A stretch of DNA of 64,000 nucleotides, taken from the NCBI GenBank assembly GCA_964106915.2, contig OZ066914.1; one strand, 5' to 3'. A program made the translations under genes and the position numbers. Origin of the DNA: Podarcis gaigeae. Its lineage: Eukaryota. Positions 11,419-25,090 of this stretch are shown piece by piece. Under the pieces are notes generated by a model that did not search any database, was not told the DNA's origin, and worked only from the letters and a program-made list of their open reading frames with translations. How positions within the stretch are numbered: the first letter of the stretch is position 1; each line of letters opens with the position of its first letter.

Positions 11419-13189
11419 CAGTAGCTGGAGCAGGGAGCTCCACCAGTCATGTGACAAAGGTGTCACTCTGTGGGCAAGAGCCAGTGGAAAGTTGAGAGGC
11501 CTAAGCGTAGGTACGCCTCTGTCCAATCCAGCACCCACTCCAGCAAATATACTCCTAGACTAGCAACTCTTTAAAAACTCAATAGCACCGCATATGTATT
11601 ATGCTGTGTTTTATCATACCTGACAGGATACAACTGCTTCAATTCTACAGACTTGGAATGGGGTAAGCAGAGAGAAGGAATCACCCTCCCTTCAATCCAC
11701 TGAAAACATGGCAAAAACCTTGATTTTGACAGGTGGGAAAATTAATTTCATTCAAGTAGTTTACACCAGTTTGAATGATTTGGCACTGGAAAGAAAAATA
11801 CTGTGTTCATTTCCAAGTTCTCCCACAAGGTTATCGTGATGCTGCTCATGTCTGAGTGTGTTCCTCATGCTTATGGTAATGAATGCTATTTTTAGCCTTG
11901 TTGAAAGGCAAACACCTGCCCAGAGGTTCCTGCACAGATTGCACCATATATACAATCTAGTGGATTGCTAAACTCAGTTTTAAACCTGGATACTTTATTC
12001 AAACACTGCATTTTAAAATCATCATTACTTATAGCAACAGTTGTTGAAACTGTCCATTAGTAGCTAGACAAGCTCTTTTTATAATAAAAATTCAAACTAT
12101 GGTATGAATAAATGTGCACCCATTTACTAGCACTTAATAAGACTTAGGGGATATATTTACTACAACAATGACAGACCCAATGCAAACCAAGTTCCCTTTA
12201 GTAAACATGTTGAACTCTTAAGTAATACCACATTAAACAGATTTGTTACCACCACTATAATTATACTAATGTTGTTTTGTAATATTTTGTCTGATTCTGT
12301 TCTGATCATAATCTCCAATCTGTTTTGTTACTTGATTTCATTGTTTTATTGGTTTCTACTGTTGTTAAGACTTAAACAAGATATGGGATATGTATCAATA
12401 AAGTGTGAGGTCTCATCATATTTTTCAAGAAATTGCATACTCTTGATGGTTCACACAATTTAGGAAAAGCACGAACTACAAGACATCTCCTACTTCTATT
12501 CTATCACTTGCAAACATGACAGAAAATTTCTTCCTGAACCCAAATTTATACAATTTTGACATGAAATAAAATACTAATCTACTCAGAGTAGATTTTTTTG
12601 TTTAAAAAAATCTGCCAGCAGGGCCTTTCTCTATTTCAGCCACCACCTCTCACCATGGAAATAGTACACGGCAGAGGGGAAAGGGTGGCTACAAAGCTTT
12701 GCAGCATCAATAGGCGACAATGATGGTTTCAGATCTTTCATAAATGTAGACATTGCTGCTTGTAAAACAGAGTTCTCCATCCCCAAACCTGTTTATAGTA
12801 TTCCAGAATTGTAAAACTCTTATTCTGGGTTGTTTTTAAAGGTTGGCCAGCTCATAGATATTAATGCTTATATATTTGAAACACACACACACACACAGCT
12901 TGAGTGCGGTCCATAGACCCAAAATACACAGTACAACAATACTTAAGCTCTTTAACAACTTTCCCCGCTCTATTTCAAAAAGCTCTCATGATATGAATTT
13001 GATGTGAATGCATCCCTTTTCACCTTCTGCCTAGAATTATCAAGCGTGGGTCCCCCATTTCCTATTATAAATACAAATTATACGCATAATAAATTATCAC
13101 AGAGAATTCAAGCCGGTCTTCCCTGAATAGCTGTAGGATAAGATGTAAGAATTTCTGGACATCCAAAGAAAACAAATACTGGAAGATTC

Positions 13190-13405
13190 AAAACAGACAA
13201 AAGAAAAGCTGTTCTTCACGCAACACATAAGTTAAATTCTGGAATTCACTCCCACAAGAAATAATGATGATCACCAACTTGGATGGTTAAAAAGAAAGTA
13301 GACAAATTCATGAAGGCTAAGGCTATCAATAGCTAGTAGCCAGACTGGCTATGTTCTCCTCCTACTGTCAGACATAGTATGCCTCTGAATGCCAGGTGCT
13401 GGGAA
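13190..13405 (+). mobile_element. CR1 LINE 3' fragment
   Basis: ACAGACAAAAGAAAA..TTCTTCACGCAAC..AGACAAATTCATG, typical of CR1 ORF2 end and 3' UTR. Confidence 0.65.
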
Positions 13406-14219
13406 CACCATCTTCCAATATCGTTTTCGTTTTTTTGTTTTTACAAAGAAATCAACAACTACTTCCAAACTCAACAACATGCTAATTAGTTTATTCTATT
13501 TCAGAAGCTTTTAATTCTTGTCAATTTATGTTTTTAACTTTGTTTTATGGTTTGCATTATGTTTTCTATTGTATTTTGTACACTGCTTGGGTATTTTTTT
13601 AAAATTTAGAATGGTTACAAATCGGGGAGGGGGGGGGGATTCCAAGCACCCAGGTTCTTGGTAGTTCTAGAAAACGTGTTGATCATAGTATATATAACAG
13701 TATGTGTGATTTGAGTATTTGATCGTTTTAACATTGCTATTTAACCTTTATTTAACTGCTGTTTTATTAAAGCTGGCAAACTGATTATTCCTGCAGAGTA
13801 AAAGTGTTTCCTGGTGGTGTGTCAAGTATGTTTTGAATATAATTTTGGAAATAAACTTAACCTGCCATAAACTAGCTAATATTTTCTACCACCTTATTTC
13901 TGGCACTGGTCTCCTGCCAACTACATTCTAGGGGAGACTGTAACTTATATTCATTTTCAGCTACTTACAATGATGATTACATGGTATTTTTACTGTGCTT
14001 TTAGGTTTTAGCGTATTTATGGAGAAGGAACAAAAGCAGAGCACTTGTGACATGTACATGCGAAAACTGATGAAAAATATATACAGGTGCAATACTGTTC
14101 AATTCTTAAATTTTCCAGTAGGACCTTCTACTAGTTCTAAGGTCCATCCACAAATGGGCAGCTTTAAATGCAAAACTATATTTTCAATTAGTCTTATTCA
14201 ACTCTATCATGTGCTCTCT

Positions 14220-14500
14220 TTCTTTCAATTAAAACGCTGAAGCCTTTCTTCATAGGGGAATTGCTCCAGCTCCCTATTGTTGCCCCTTTCTACATTTTTT
14301 CCAGCTCCACAATATAATTTTTGAGGTGTGGTGTCCAGAACTGCCAACCCTGCATTATATAACTCCACTGGGAGAACTGTCAATTTATATCTACTCTCTG
14401 CTTTAACCAGTTTTTACTTCATAAGAGGACCTGAGCTGTGAAAAGGCTTTTTGGAAGCTTGTGCTTGCACGATGTCTACTAGATCCACCCGATGTAAATG
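14220..14500 (-). mobile_element. Degraded CR1 fragments
   Basis: Reverse-complement CR1-like blocks (TTCTGGACACCACACCTCAAAAA..GAGCTGGAAAA). Confidence 0.5.
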
Positions 14501-14736
14501 CTGACTAACCTCCTTTCAAATGTTTGAAAGCCTCCAGCTTTCAAATGTTGCTTAACCTTTAACTCCCATAATCCCATTGACCATAATAGTTAAGTTCAGC
14601 AACATCTGGAGGGGCAGATGAAAGGCAGGGAAGCCATGAATAGGACTTCTGCTGATGAGGCTCATTGGTTGAATCCCATCATCCCTTGTTTTAGCTCTCA
14701 ATAATCTAGTTGAGAAAAGACCAGAAAACTACTTAC

Positions 14737-14812
14737 TTATTTCCTTGGCAACCTGATCCAATTTTTCCTGAGATCTGCTGATAAGAACCACCTTCATTCC
14801 ACGCCTTGCTAA
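14737..14812 (-). CDS. HSD17B12: HSD17B12 exon 3 (LARRGMKVVLISRSQEKLDQVAKEI + 1 nt)
   Basis: 76 nt; acceptor tttttcag, donor A|gtaagt. In frame with exon 2 and matches the known HSD17B12 peptide. Confidence 0.97.
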
Positions 14813-15137
14813 CTGAAAAAATAAGGGCAAAGGTCTAAGAGTGCTAGTTACAACTCTATGGTAGCATTTTATTGATCAACACCACTATTTATACAAGAAA
14901 TTCAATTACAGAATTAGATCTAAAGATATCTCCTCTCCATCAGGAGGAAGTATTTGGCTCAAATTGGATTAACAAATAACAGAAAAAAGGAATTACAAAT
15001 ATAGATTTGACAAAGAGTAGGAAATTAGTAATCTATGGTAACTGAGCAAAGATTCATAATTAAGATGGACACTGAGCTAGATCTCTTCAAAGACACCAAT
15101 CCACTGATCTAACCAGATCACTTGTGAATGTGTGAGC

Positions 15138-15522
15138 CAGGATAGGGAAACTGAACTGGCCAATCGAGCAAATCCTTATCTCACAAGGACCAAACTGGTC
15201 AGGTTGGAAGGGCCACCCATCTACCATCAGGTGTCAACTGTTAGAACTTTTTACAAAGAACCCTCCTTAGTGCTTCGAATTGCTGCTGATCAGCAGGCTT
15301 GAAATTACTACCTATCAGTTGATAGTGACTTCAAGCCTACTTTCTGCTGGGATTAGGGAACTCCAACATGAGTTCCACAGGGAACCTGGTGGTGCAGCAG
15401 ATCCTTCTGCATCTCTACCTGCCCCACATCTGACATCACATATATCAGATCGGCCTTGGGGGCCAAACTGGGACCAGTGCTTAGTCAAATGTGGCCATTG
15501 GGCCAGGAGTTCTCCACTCCTA
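15138..15522. mobile_element. Older hAT-type MITE
   Basis: Degenerate TIRs CAGGATAGGGAAAC ... GTTCTCCACTCCTA; TSD GTGTGAGC / GTGTAAAC (6/8). Related partial copy at ~22647-22790. Confidence 0.55.
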
Positions 15523-15772
15523 GTGTAAACACAGGCATTAATCCTCAGATGAGGTGTTAGGTATCCAGAGGTACAAATATTACCTGACTTGGCTGCCAAA
15601 CCTTAACACTGAATCCAAAGTACTATGTGTAAGCAGACACTGTGCCTAGCACAAATGAAGACATTGGAAAGGATGTCAAACTGTTAATGGGTCATGTTTT
15701 AAGGATCAAAGTTCTTTTTTTCTTTCGCTTTATGCAATATGCTTGTCTTGCAAATATGGGTGGAATCATACA

Positions 15773-15989
15773 CAGTCATACCTCGGGTTACAAGTGCTTC
15801 AGGTTGCGTTTTTTCAGGTTGCGGACCACCGAAACCCGGAAGTACTGGAACGGGTTACTTCCGGGTTTCAGTGGTCATGCATGCACAGAAGTGCTAAACT
15901 GTGCTTTGCGCATAAGCACTGAATCGCAACCCACGCGTGCACAGTCGCGGGTTGCGAACGTGCATCCCACACGGATCAAGCATCCACTG
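15773..15989. mobile_element. Tc1/mariner (Tigger/pogo-like) MITE, variant family
   Basis: Starts CAGTCATACCTCGGGTTACA and ends CCACTG followed by TA; internal palindrome AAACCCGGAAGTA..TACTTCCGGGTTT. Confidence 0.7.
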
Positions 15990-16489
15990 TATTCATATGA
16001 TAGCCAGACAACAAGGCAGGAGTCTTCGTAGAGCAAACTATAACGCACATTATATATAATCAGGGCTTTTTTCAGCCAGAATTCACCAGAACTCAGTTCT
16101 GGTACCTCTCAGGTGGGCACCCTTGTCATTATAAGAGAACAAGGGAGGAGTTCATAGTGAGTTGTGGCACCTTTTGTTTTATAGAAGAATAGCACTGTAA
16201 TGAACTATAATACACATCTGACCAGAATAACGGATACTGTAACATGCACCAGAGCCATCTCAGAATTCATTTAGATTGTTAGACTGCCATGCTAAGTTAG
16301 CTCTCTTACAAAACAGTATTTCCATGCAGGTTATACTTTGCCACATTATCCCTGTTAAACAACAATTTGCCTTATCATTCAGGCAAAACAAGAACATGAC
16401 ATACATACAGCACAGGATACAGACTCCAATTTGTTGTATGCATGTCAAAATGCACAAAGGTACAATATGTTACATGAATCACAACTTAC

Positions 16490-16536
16490 CTCTTCTGCAT
16501 ATGCCTTTCCAATTCCATCAGTAGCTCCCGTGATAA
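16490..16536 (-). CDS. HSD17B12: HSD17B12 exon 2 (V-ITGATDGIGKAYAEE)
   Basis: 47 nt; acceptor ttttatag, donor GAG|gtaagt. Encodes the SDR Rossmann motif TGxxxGxG. Confidence 0.97.
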
Positions 16537-18759
16537 CTATAAAACATGAAAGGCAGAAGAACAGAGATGTTATTGTGTTTCCAAAGCTTATGTCATAATG
16601 TCATAAATTCTTCGTCTTCTAGAAGTGATATAAATTTTCTGGAAAAGTTGACTTAGGATTTTTTTTTAATGTTGTCTATCAATTCAAATCCAATTTAGCA
16701 TGTATGTCTTATGAACAATTAATGAAAGCTTTACAACACACAACGTTAATTTTACTTGTTATGTTGTAATGGCACCTCCAATTCGCTCCTTCAATCCAAG
16801 CATTATACTGATTCAGCATTTCTTCATCTGAAAAATAATGCTTGCCTCCTTTGGATTAGGATTCACGACTACTGTGAATAAATTAGTATTTTTATAGTAT
16901 TGAACAGGAAGAAAACAGCACAAAGGAGAGTGATGTAAGAATAAATAAGACAGTATTCGATAGAAGCAATTCAGCTATGTCACCACTCAAATATGAAGAC
17001 TGCAGAGTAGTCTTGGGTAAACTGCTTTCATGAAAATTATCAGTGCTGCTTTATTCAGGGAGAGGCTGTTCCAGCTATATATTTGAATCCACACCCTGCC
17101 CTCTATTCCCCAGATGGAGAAGTAGACAGAAAACTCTAAGTGACGTTTCGTTTTGGGATTGAGAGGGTGAAATCTTATAATATGTGAAGAAAAATGCAGG
17201 GCAAGATTTCTGGAAAAGTTGATAAATCTAGTGTTGGAAGAATAGCAGTAGTCTTGCAGAAGTCACATGGTTTTACATGTAATCAAAATTTCAACAATAC
17301 TTCCACTCACTTTCTTGTGAAATAACTGCTAATAAATAGATAACTAACAGATTATGTTGCAAATGTGGGAAATCAGCATTTCTCTTCTCAGTTATAAGTA
17401 GCTGCAAGTAATATTCCAATATTACTTAATGAGAATCTATATTAAATGCAGCTTTTAGCAAGAGTTAACAAAACAGTCTTCCAAATCAAGGCATGTAACA
17501 GAAAATGGTAACACTGAATAGGTGTGAATTATGTAAAACGGGGGGGGGGGGGCGCTGCTATTTCCACTACATTACAAGAAGCTTATGAAAGGCAAACAAG
17601 TCATACTAGCCCTTCAACACAACAAAAACTGGAAAGAATAAAGACAAGTCCTGGTTGGCATCAAATAATGCCTCATTTAACAGAGATTATATAAACACTG
17701 GCGTCTGACCAACACTTTCTTCCAAGATTATCTGCAGCCCACTAAAGAATTTTAGTTTGTGTTAGTTAAAAACATTTTACTATGTGTGTGTGTGTGCATG
17801 TGTTGCTAGCCTGGAAGAAACTTATTTTTAGTAAGAGCCCAATCAACCTTATCAAAATCAAGTATCAAAAATAGACTGGAGGAACACTTGAAGCAAATAC
17901 TATTTTTAGATGCTCTGCCTATTACCTGCCGTTACCCACCAAAGAGAATGCTTAGTTATTCCAGACAGGTTCTCCCCATGACCCGTTTTCCCCTCAGAAC
18001 ACCTGAATGCAGAAAACACTCAATTGATTAAAGATTAATACTGCCGCAAACTGTGACAGCTGCCTTTTGTCTGAGGGTTTTTGAGGAGGGGCGAGTATAT
18101 GCAATGACAGAGAGCTTGCATCAGTATTCCTCTTGGGATCTATTGCATGGAAAGAAAATTGCTATTTCAATTCCCCTTTGTTACTAAAAATAGCTACCCC
18201 AATTGATTCAAGCAAACAGGGCACCAGCTTAGCAATGCCAAATTTAGAAGGCACTGAAGTCCCTAGAAGTGAACGCTAATGCAGTCTAACACATGCCAGC
18301 TCATATTTTAACAAGAACAAAGAAGATAAGCATGCAGACTCCGCAAGTTAATAAGACAGCAGCAACACAATACATTTACTGAACGGAAAATCTGGTGCCG
18401 AAAATGAGACAAATGTGTGCTTCTAAACCTCCTATTTCTCACTCAAATTGCAACCACAAATGTTCAGATTTTGCATATTCTCACTTCTCTTTGGCACCCA
18501 CAGTGCATTTCATATGATAGATTATAAGCATGATAATATGTGGAAGTCAGATCTTGTGGCAAGCCACTGAAGGTTCAGGAACTGTCTAGAATAGTGTGGG
18601 TTGGGGCACTGGGAACTATAATGAAAGGGGATCCTTGGCATGAGAAACTTTGCAAGAGAACCCTTATGCTCACTTTTCTTCGGATTCGGAGCACACTGTT
18701 TTTAAAAAAAATGAACGGTGATAGAATATGTACAATCATGTTGGAGTGCTGTGGGTTAG

Positions 18760-20100
18760 AGTCGTAGAGTTGGAAGAGATCCTGAGGGTCATCTAATCCA
18801 ATCCCCTGCAATGAAAGAATCTCAACCAGAGCATCCATGGCAGATGGCCATCCAACTTCTGCTTAAAAACCTCTAATGAAGGAGAGTCCACAGCCTCCCA
18901 AGGGAGTCAATTATGGAAAGAATAAGAAAGCAGTGTTAAGGAGTGGAATTTGCCACCACAAGATGAGGTGATGACCACCAACCTGGAGGGCTCTAAAAGG
19001 GGTTTAAACATATTCATGGATCCATGGCTACTGGTCATCTACAGCTACTACCTCAATTATTTGAGGCAGTATACTTCTGAAGACCAGTTGCTGGAGAAAA
19101 AGTGAGGGCTAATGCTGTAATCCTCATGTCGTGCTTACAGGCTTTCCACAGGCACCTGATTGGCCAGAGGGTGAAAAGGATGCTGAATGAAATTGGTCTT
19201 TAATTTGAACCAGCTGAGCTTCTTTGAGGTTCTTATGTACACTCGCCCCTTGGTGAAAGATCAGAGAATTGTAGAATTGGAAGGGACAGAAAGGTCATCT
19301 AATCCCCCTACAATGCAGGAATCTCAACTAAAGCATCCATGACAGATGGTCATCCAACCTCTGCTTAAAAACCTCCAAGAAAGAAGAGTCCACCACCTTC
19401 TGAGGGAGTGTGGTCCACTGTTGAAAAGCTCTTACTGTCAGAAAATTCTTACAGATGTTTAGTTGGAATCTCCTTTCTTGTACAGTGGTACCAAGGGTTA
19501 CAGACGCTTCAGGTTACAGACTCCGCTAACCCAGAAATAGTACTTTGTTAAGAACTTTGCTTCAGGATGAGAACAGAAATCGTGCGGCGGCAGCAGCAGG
19601 AGGCCCCATTAGCTAAAGTGGTGCTTCAGGTTAAGAACAGTTTCAGGTTTAGAATGGACCTCCAGAACGAATTAAGTTCTTAACCAGAGGTACCACTGTA
19701 ACTTGAAGCCGTTGGTTTGAGTCCTACCCTCCAGAGCAGGAGAACACAAGCTTACTTCATCTTCCATGTGATAGCCCTTTATATATTTGGCTATTATATC
19801 TCCTCTCAGTCTTCTCTTCTCCTGGCTAAACATACCCAACTCCCTCAACCATTCCTCATATGGCTTGTTTTCCAGACCGTTGATCATCTTGGTTGACCTC
19901 CTCTGCACACGTTACAGCTTGTCAATATCTTTCTTAACTGTGGTTCCCAGGAACTGAAAGCAGTACTTTAGGGGGAGTTTGACAGAATAGAGCAGTACTA
20001 TTATATCCCTTGATCTGGACACTATACTTCTGTTGATGCAGCCTAAACTAGCATTAGTTGGTTTTGTTTGTTTGTTTGTTTTTGCTACTGCATCACTCTG
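18760..20100. mobile_element. Cluster of CR1 3' fragments in both orientations
   Basis: Two similar minus-strand CR1 tails (~18760-18910 and ~19262-20100; ORFs 19672..19908 and 19912..20160 give CR1 RT C-terminal peptides such as [20 protein letters not shown] and LGCINRSI). One plus-strand fragment at ~18930-19240. Confidence 0.8.
19483..19698. mobile_element. Tc1/mariner-type MITE (CAGTGGTACC family) nested in CR1
   Basis: TIR CAGTGGTACC...GGTACCACTG with TA on both sides; removing it restores the CR1 sequence TTTCTTGTAACTTGAAGCC. Confidence 0.92.
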
Positions 20101-20264
20101 GCATGAGCCAGGAAACATTTTATTTGGAGATTCCATGTCACAAAGGCAAGAAATAAACAAAAGGAAGTTAAATAGATTCTTTTTTAGTTTTTCATAGGAA
20201 GTAAATAGATTTTTTTAAAAAAATTCAGAACTAAGTCTTCGAATTTGACTGAGTTCACCAGTAA

Positions 20265-20523
20265 CCGTATTTTTTGCTCTATAAGACTCACTTTTTCCCT
20301 CCTAAAAAGTAAGGGGAAATGTGTGTGCGTCTTATGGAGCGAATGCAGGCTGCGCAGCTATCCCAGAAGCCAGAACAGCAAGAGGGATTGCTGCTTTCAC
20401 TGCGCAGCGATCCCTCTTGCTGTTCTGGCTTCTGAGATTCAGATTTTTTTTCCTCTTGTTTTCCTCCTCCAAAAACTAGGCGCATCTTGTGGTCTGGTGC
20501 GTCTTATAGAGCGAAAAATACGG
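20265..20523. mobile_element. Tc2-like (CCGTATTTT TIR) non-autonomous DNA transposon
   Basis: TIR CCGTATTTTTTGCTCTATAAGAC ... GTCTTATAGAGCGAAAAATACGG followed by TA. Confidence 0.85.
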
Positions 20524-22471
20524 TAATTACAACTGCCCGTACCCATGTTCAACTCCCAAGTATTACAACTATTACAATTCTTTGTTCAGTACCCAAGTGT
20601 TGCATTGTCTTTCTCTCTGCGTGTCACAATATACTGCAGAAATGCAAAATGATGAGATGAGTACGAACACACAAGTATTAAGGAGGTTCTTTAGTACTAT
20701 ACAAATGGGGTTAGGGTTATATTTAACATGCAACATGACTAGATTTTGAGAATTTGAGTATCTACGACCGGCCATTGTAAAACTCCAGTGTGCCAAGGTA
20801 ACAAGCCTATAAAAATGCAAGTAACCTCCTCTCTCAATTATGTTCATTTATTAAGTTACATTTATCCAGCAAGTGATTAAAACACATTTCTATAAATTAC
20901 TGCCCACTGTTCTTAGAGTTGGGGTTCAATCAACCTACCTATACATTTCAATGTACATCTGTTTGTATGGTTTTTGAGGAAAAATGTAGACTGATCTATT
21001 GCTCTACAAGCTACATTACGTGATACATAACTTTTGTCTGCCCTTTGTCAGAGAAGGGACAGAAACCACAAAACAAGCATCAGGTGTGTCTTGACTACCA
21101 TGCCTTTGTTGGTTGCAGATCTCCTCAAAGGAAACCCTGAGGATTGTTATCAATCACTCTGAAAACGTCTTTCTGCATGCTAAGTATACATTAAACTGCA
21201 CAATCAACTTGTGTATTAGGTCAATAAGATTGTAAAAACTTAAAAAATGAGGGCATGACTTGCTCAAGGCTACTGAGAATTTTCATTCCCAAACAGGAAC
21301 TGGAACTTGGGACTCATTGCTGAAGCACAACCAATCTAATACAACCCACCAACCCATATTGATTTCAGGAGAATCTCCCCATACTACTGTATTTGCTCTG
21401 AGAAAAAGAGAATACCTTACCCACAGTACCAATGTGGTTTTAAATTTAGTGCTTTGTGGCTGCAGTTGAAGAATGTCAGGAGAGAGACTAGATTGGAAAT
21501 TATAGAAAGGCATCTAAATCCATTAATCCCCCCCCCCAGCACGCTTACTTTTGTGCACTGTAACAGTTCAGCCATAATAGACAATAAGCAGAGATGCGTA
21601 AGCAGCTGTGTATAGAAAAAGATGAATGAAGTGCATGACGTTAAAGATCTGTGAACTGAGGAGTTTAATGCATGAATTGAAATCCAAAGTAACCACCTCC
21701 CCCTACTCCAAACTACACACTGCAAAGCATAAAACAGAGAAGATAGGTAGAAGGGGAAATGTGGTCTCTACCACATTTACAAAAACTGATGGCCTGTCAC
21801 CCAGACACTGATGAATATTTTTACAGGATAAAAATGGCAACCTAAAGTCTAAAAATAGACCAGTGTGCTGCAGACCTGTCTGGTTTGGCAATGCTTCTAG
21901 AATACCAATGCAATTCCTTGCTGATATGCTGCCACCATTTCACAATGCAAGAAGAGGGGAAATGGTTATTGAAAACATTCTATTTGCAAGAAAGAGGAAC
22001 ATACAGAAATCTAGATTTATGATGTGCATTTACTTTCAAATTTGTAGACTGCAGAAATGCCAATTTCTGTAAAGGAATATTCCTCTTTACACTGTAGGCA
22101 ACAGATCAATGTCCTTAATTTTTAATATCTGCAACTCATGACAGAATGCTCTCATTATTTAAAAATTAAGATATAATGTAGCCTATTGCAACCTCCATGA
22201 AAACAATTTTTGTCTATGTCTATTTGGGATGCAAGTAAGCTATTTTATACATCACAACATCTATTCTTAGCTAAAATGATGTAACATCCATAAAGTCTTT
22301 CCGAAAAGCTGCCTTATAGCACCTTATAAGAAAGTACATAAGCCCGTTAAAAGATGACTTGCCACCTCTCTATTTTATACTATGGTGTCAGAAAGGAGAT
22401 ACACTAAAGCTGATTGTATGTACAATGGGAAAACTAAAATTTCCATGTTTTATTTCCTCTTCCATCTTGGA

Positions 22472-22473
<2 letters not shown>

Positions 22474-22510
<37 letters not shown>
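22474..22510. repeat. (CA)n microsatellite
   Basis: About 18 CA units. Confidence 0.95.
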
Positions 22511-22512
<2 letters not shown>

Positions 22513-24207
22513 TTTGCTTGATATATATATTTGCTTTGCATATTCATCAAATATAAATTTCAATATGGTGGAATGCTAAACATTATATTTACATTTAACA
22601 TGTCTTCATTTTGGTTCACATTTCTACCCTCTCGCATTATTTTTATCAGGGGTGGGGAAATTCTGGCCAGGGGGTCAAATTTGGCCCAGCCCAGGTCTCA
22701 GTTTTGCCCACATGTTAATTTCCCCAAACCTGCCCCACACCTGATGTCACTTGTGATGTACACCTGTGTGAAAGGTAGGGATTAGACAATGAACATCTAG
22801 TGAGCTACATGGCTAAGCGAGATCTGAAGTCAGATCTCCTTAGTACCATTCCAACAACCTATTGGCGTTATGAAAAACAGCCTGGAATGAGCACTGGCCT
22901 CTCATACTTTCTCCTACCCTCACATGATAAGATTCTCTCCACTCTTGGTTCACAGCAAACCACCATTTGCCATCATGAACCTAATAGCAAACCAGGAAGG
23001 GGAAACTGCAGAACACCAGATAGAGAACATAAAAGTCTATTTAGCCTAGGCTTCTACACCATGGTTTGCCATTATGTATGAACTTAACCATTAGGATAAA
23101 TACTTATTTGATTTATCTGAGACTTTCTTGGAGGAAGTTCTGCAATTGTTCATTTGTGGCTGAGTAAGTGTAAGTTACTTTTGTTTCGAAATGCCATGAA
23201 GGAAGCCAAAATGCTTTCTTAAAATACTATTCAATACTGAGCATTAATAGGAAGGCTGTTTTAGTTACAGAATAGTTACAGAAGTGTAACTATCCAGCTT
23301 CTTTAAGCATTTGTTACAGTTTGTTTGATGTATCTTATTTTCCCTGAAAGAACAAAAAGGACACTATATAGGCATCAGAATGCTATGCTCAGCACCATAG
23401 CAATCCCTCACCCCAGATAAGAACACATGGATTTTGAGCATGTCCTTGTCACATGGCATTTCTCCCCTTTGGGGTTCAGTCACACCTATTCACCAAACAA
23501 GCAGTTGAGTCCCACTGCTCACTGGGAACACAGCACATTCATGTGACAGCATAAGATGATGAAAGGTGCAACTGAATACAAAGACTGGTCATTCACAATG
23601 TTCAGTTTACTGAAGAAGTTAAACACAATATATGTTGTGTTCCAACACCAATAATTCAGTCTCCCTCACAAGTTAAAAGAGAGATCTATTTCCTTGTTTC
23701 CACAATTCAGTGTCCTTTCTGTACAGACATTCACATGTCAGCGAATACACTATAAATACGCTATTAGGAGCCCTACTCAATCATGAGTTCCAGAGGTTCA
23801 CACTGCATGTTTGAAAGCATGCAGGAAAGGAGTGCCAAAAGATAAAAAAGATCCACAGCAGAAATGTGGGGAAAGCAACCCTTAAATTGGCTTAAACATA
23901 GCTTCCGGAGCTTAAAGGATGTGTACATCAAATTTCTGTATAGGAAAGGAAGCAATGTATAACCCTATGTGTTGTTTACCACATACAGTTATCTACAAGC
24001 ATGAGGAGTGCTAGAGCAAATGCTTTCCATCAAGAAGGTCTGAGGTTCAAATCCCAAATCTTCACTGAAAAGATCAGGTAATAAATAGGTGATGGAAGAG
24101 ACCTCTGTCCACGATCCCAAAGAGCTGCTGACATTCAAAATAGACAATCTTGGACTAAATGGACCAATGATGTGATAATAGAACGGCTTCATATGTAATA
24201 ATAATAA

Positions 24208-24439
24208 TTTTTTATTTGTATCCCGCCCTCCCCAGCCAAAGAGCGGCTAACAACAGGTAAAAATAGCACAGTGTACCTAAAATCGCAGTCAATTAATTAA
24301 AATACATTCTAGAATCAATTCAGAATCAAATTAATGGCAACCATTGGATTAGAGTTCTATGAATTTTACAGAGGGGGGTGGGTCAGACTGTGCCTTTGCC
24401 AAAGGCCTGGTGGAACAGCTCTGTCTTGCAGGCCCTGCA
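24208..24439 (-). mobile_element. 5'-truncated 3' end of the same L2 family as 18-3500
   Basis: Matches 45-252 (TATCCCGCCCTCCCCAGCC, AATGGCAACCAT, GGTGGAACAGCTCTGTCTTGCAGGCCCTGC); flanked on both sides by GTAATAATAATAA. Confidence 0.85.
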
Positions 24440-24929
24440 GTAATAATAATAAATAAACTGCATTTTATTGCTTACACGAGAGTATTTCTCATGTATACAA
24501 GGTATGAAGTAGTCCAAGTTATGGTGGAAGATGAACTTAACATAAGACACTGAATTTTCCTTTCTATACAAGAAACAGTTCAAACTGACTACATCTGATT
24601 TCATGAACTAACAAACGTAACAGGCCAAAATACAGAAAACTAGACAGCAAAATCTGTTGATGGATCTCAACCAAAACTCTTGCTACCAGCTGCCAAATCG
24701 TACAATTCTAGGATGACGGACAGGAACGGAACTTGCTTGACTAGTAACTTGATTTTTAGTTAGCTTTATTATATACAGCAGAGTAAAGCACAGCTTTGTA
24801 CAAGTTACCATATACAGTGGTGAAGCTAATGCATTTTAGCTAATGAATCCTTGAGGAAAGAATTTGGGACGTTTGGGGGCCCGGTTTGGGTAACTACTGG
24901 ATAGTCAGGTTTGGGTAACCTGTTCCTTG

Positions 24930-25090
24930 AGCGGTACCTCGGGTTAAGTACTTAATTTGTTCTGGAGGTCCATTCTTAACCTGAAACTGTTCTTAACCCG
25001 AGGTACCACTTTAGCTAATGGGGCCTCCTGCTGCCGCCGCTGCACAATTTCTGTTCACATCCTGAAGCAAAGTTCTTAACCCGAGGTACT
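24930..25090. mobile_element. Partial CAGTGGTACC-family MITE
   Basis: Matches internal sequence of the copy at 44466-44691; one end missing. Confidence 0.85.
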
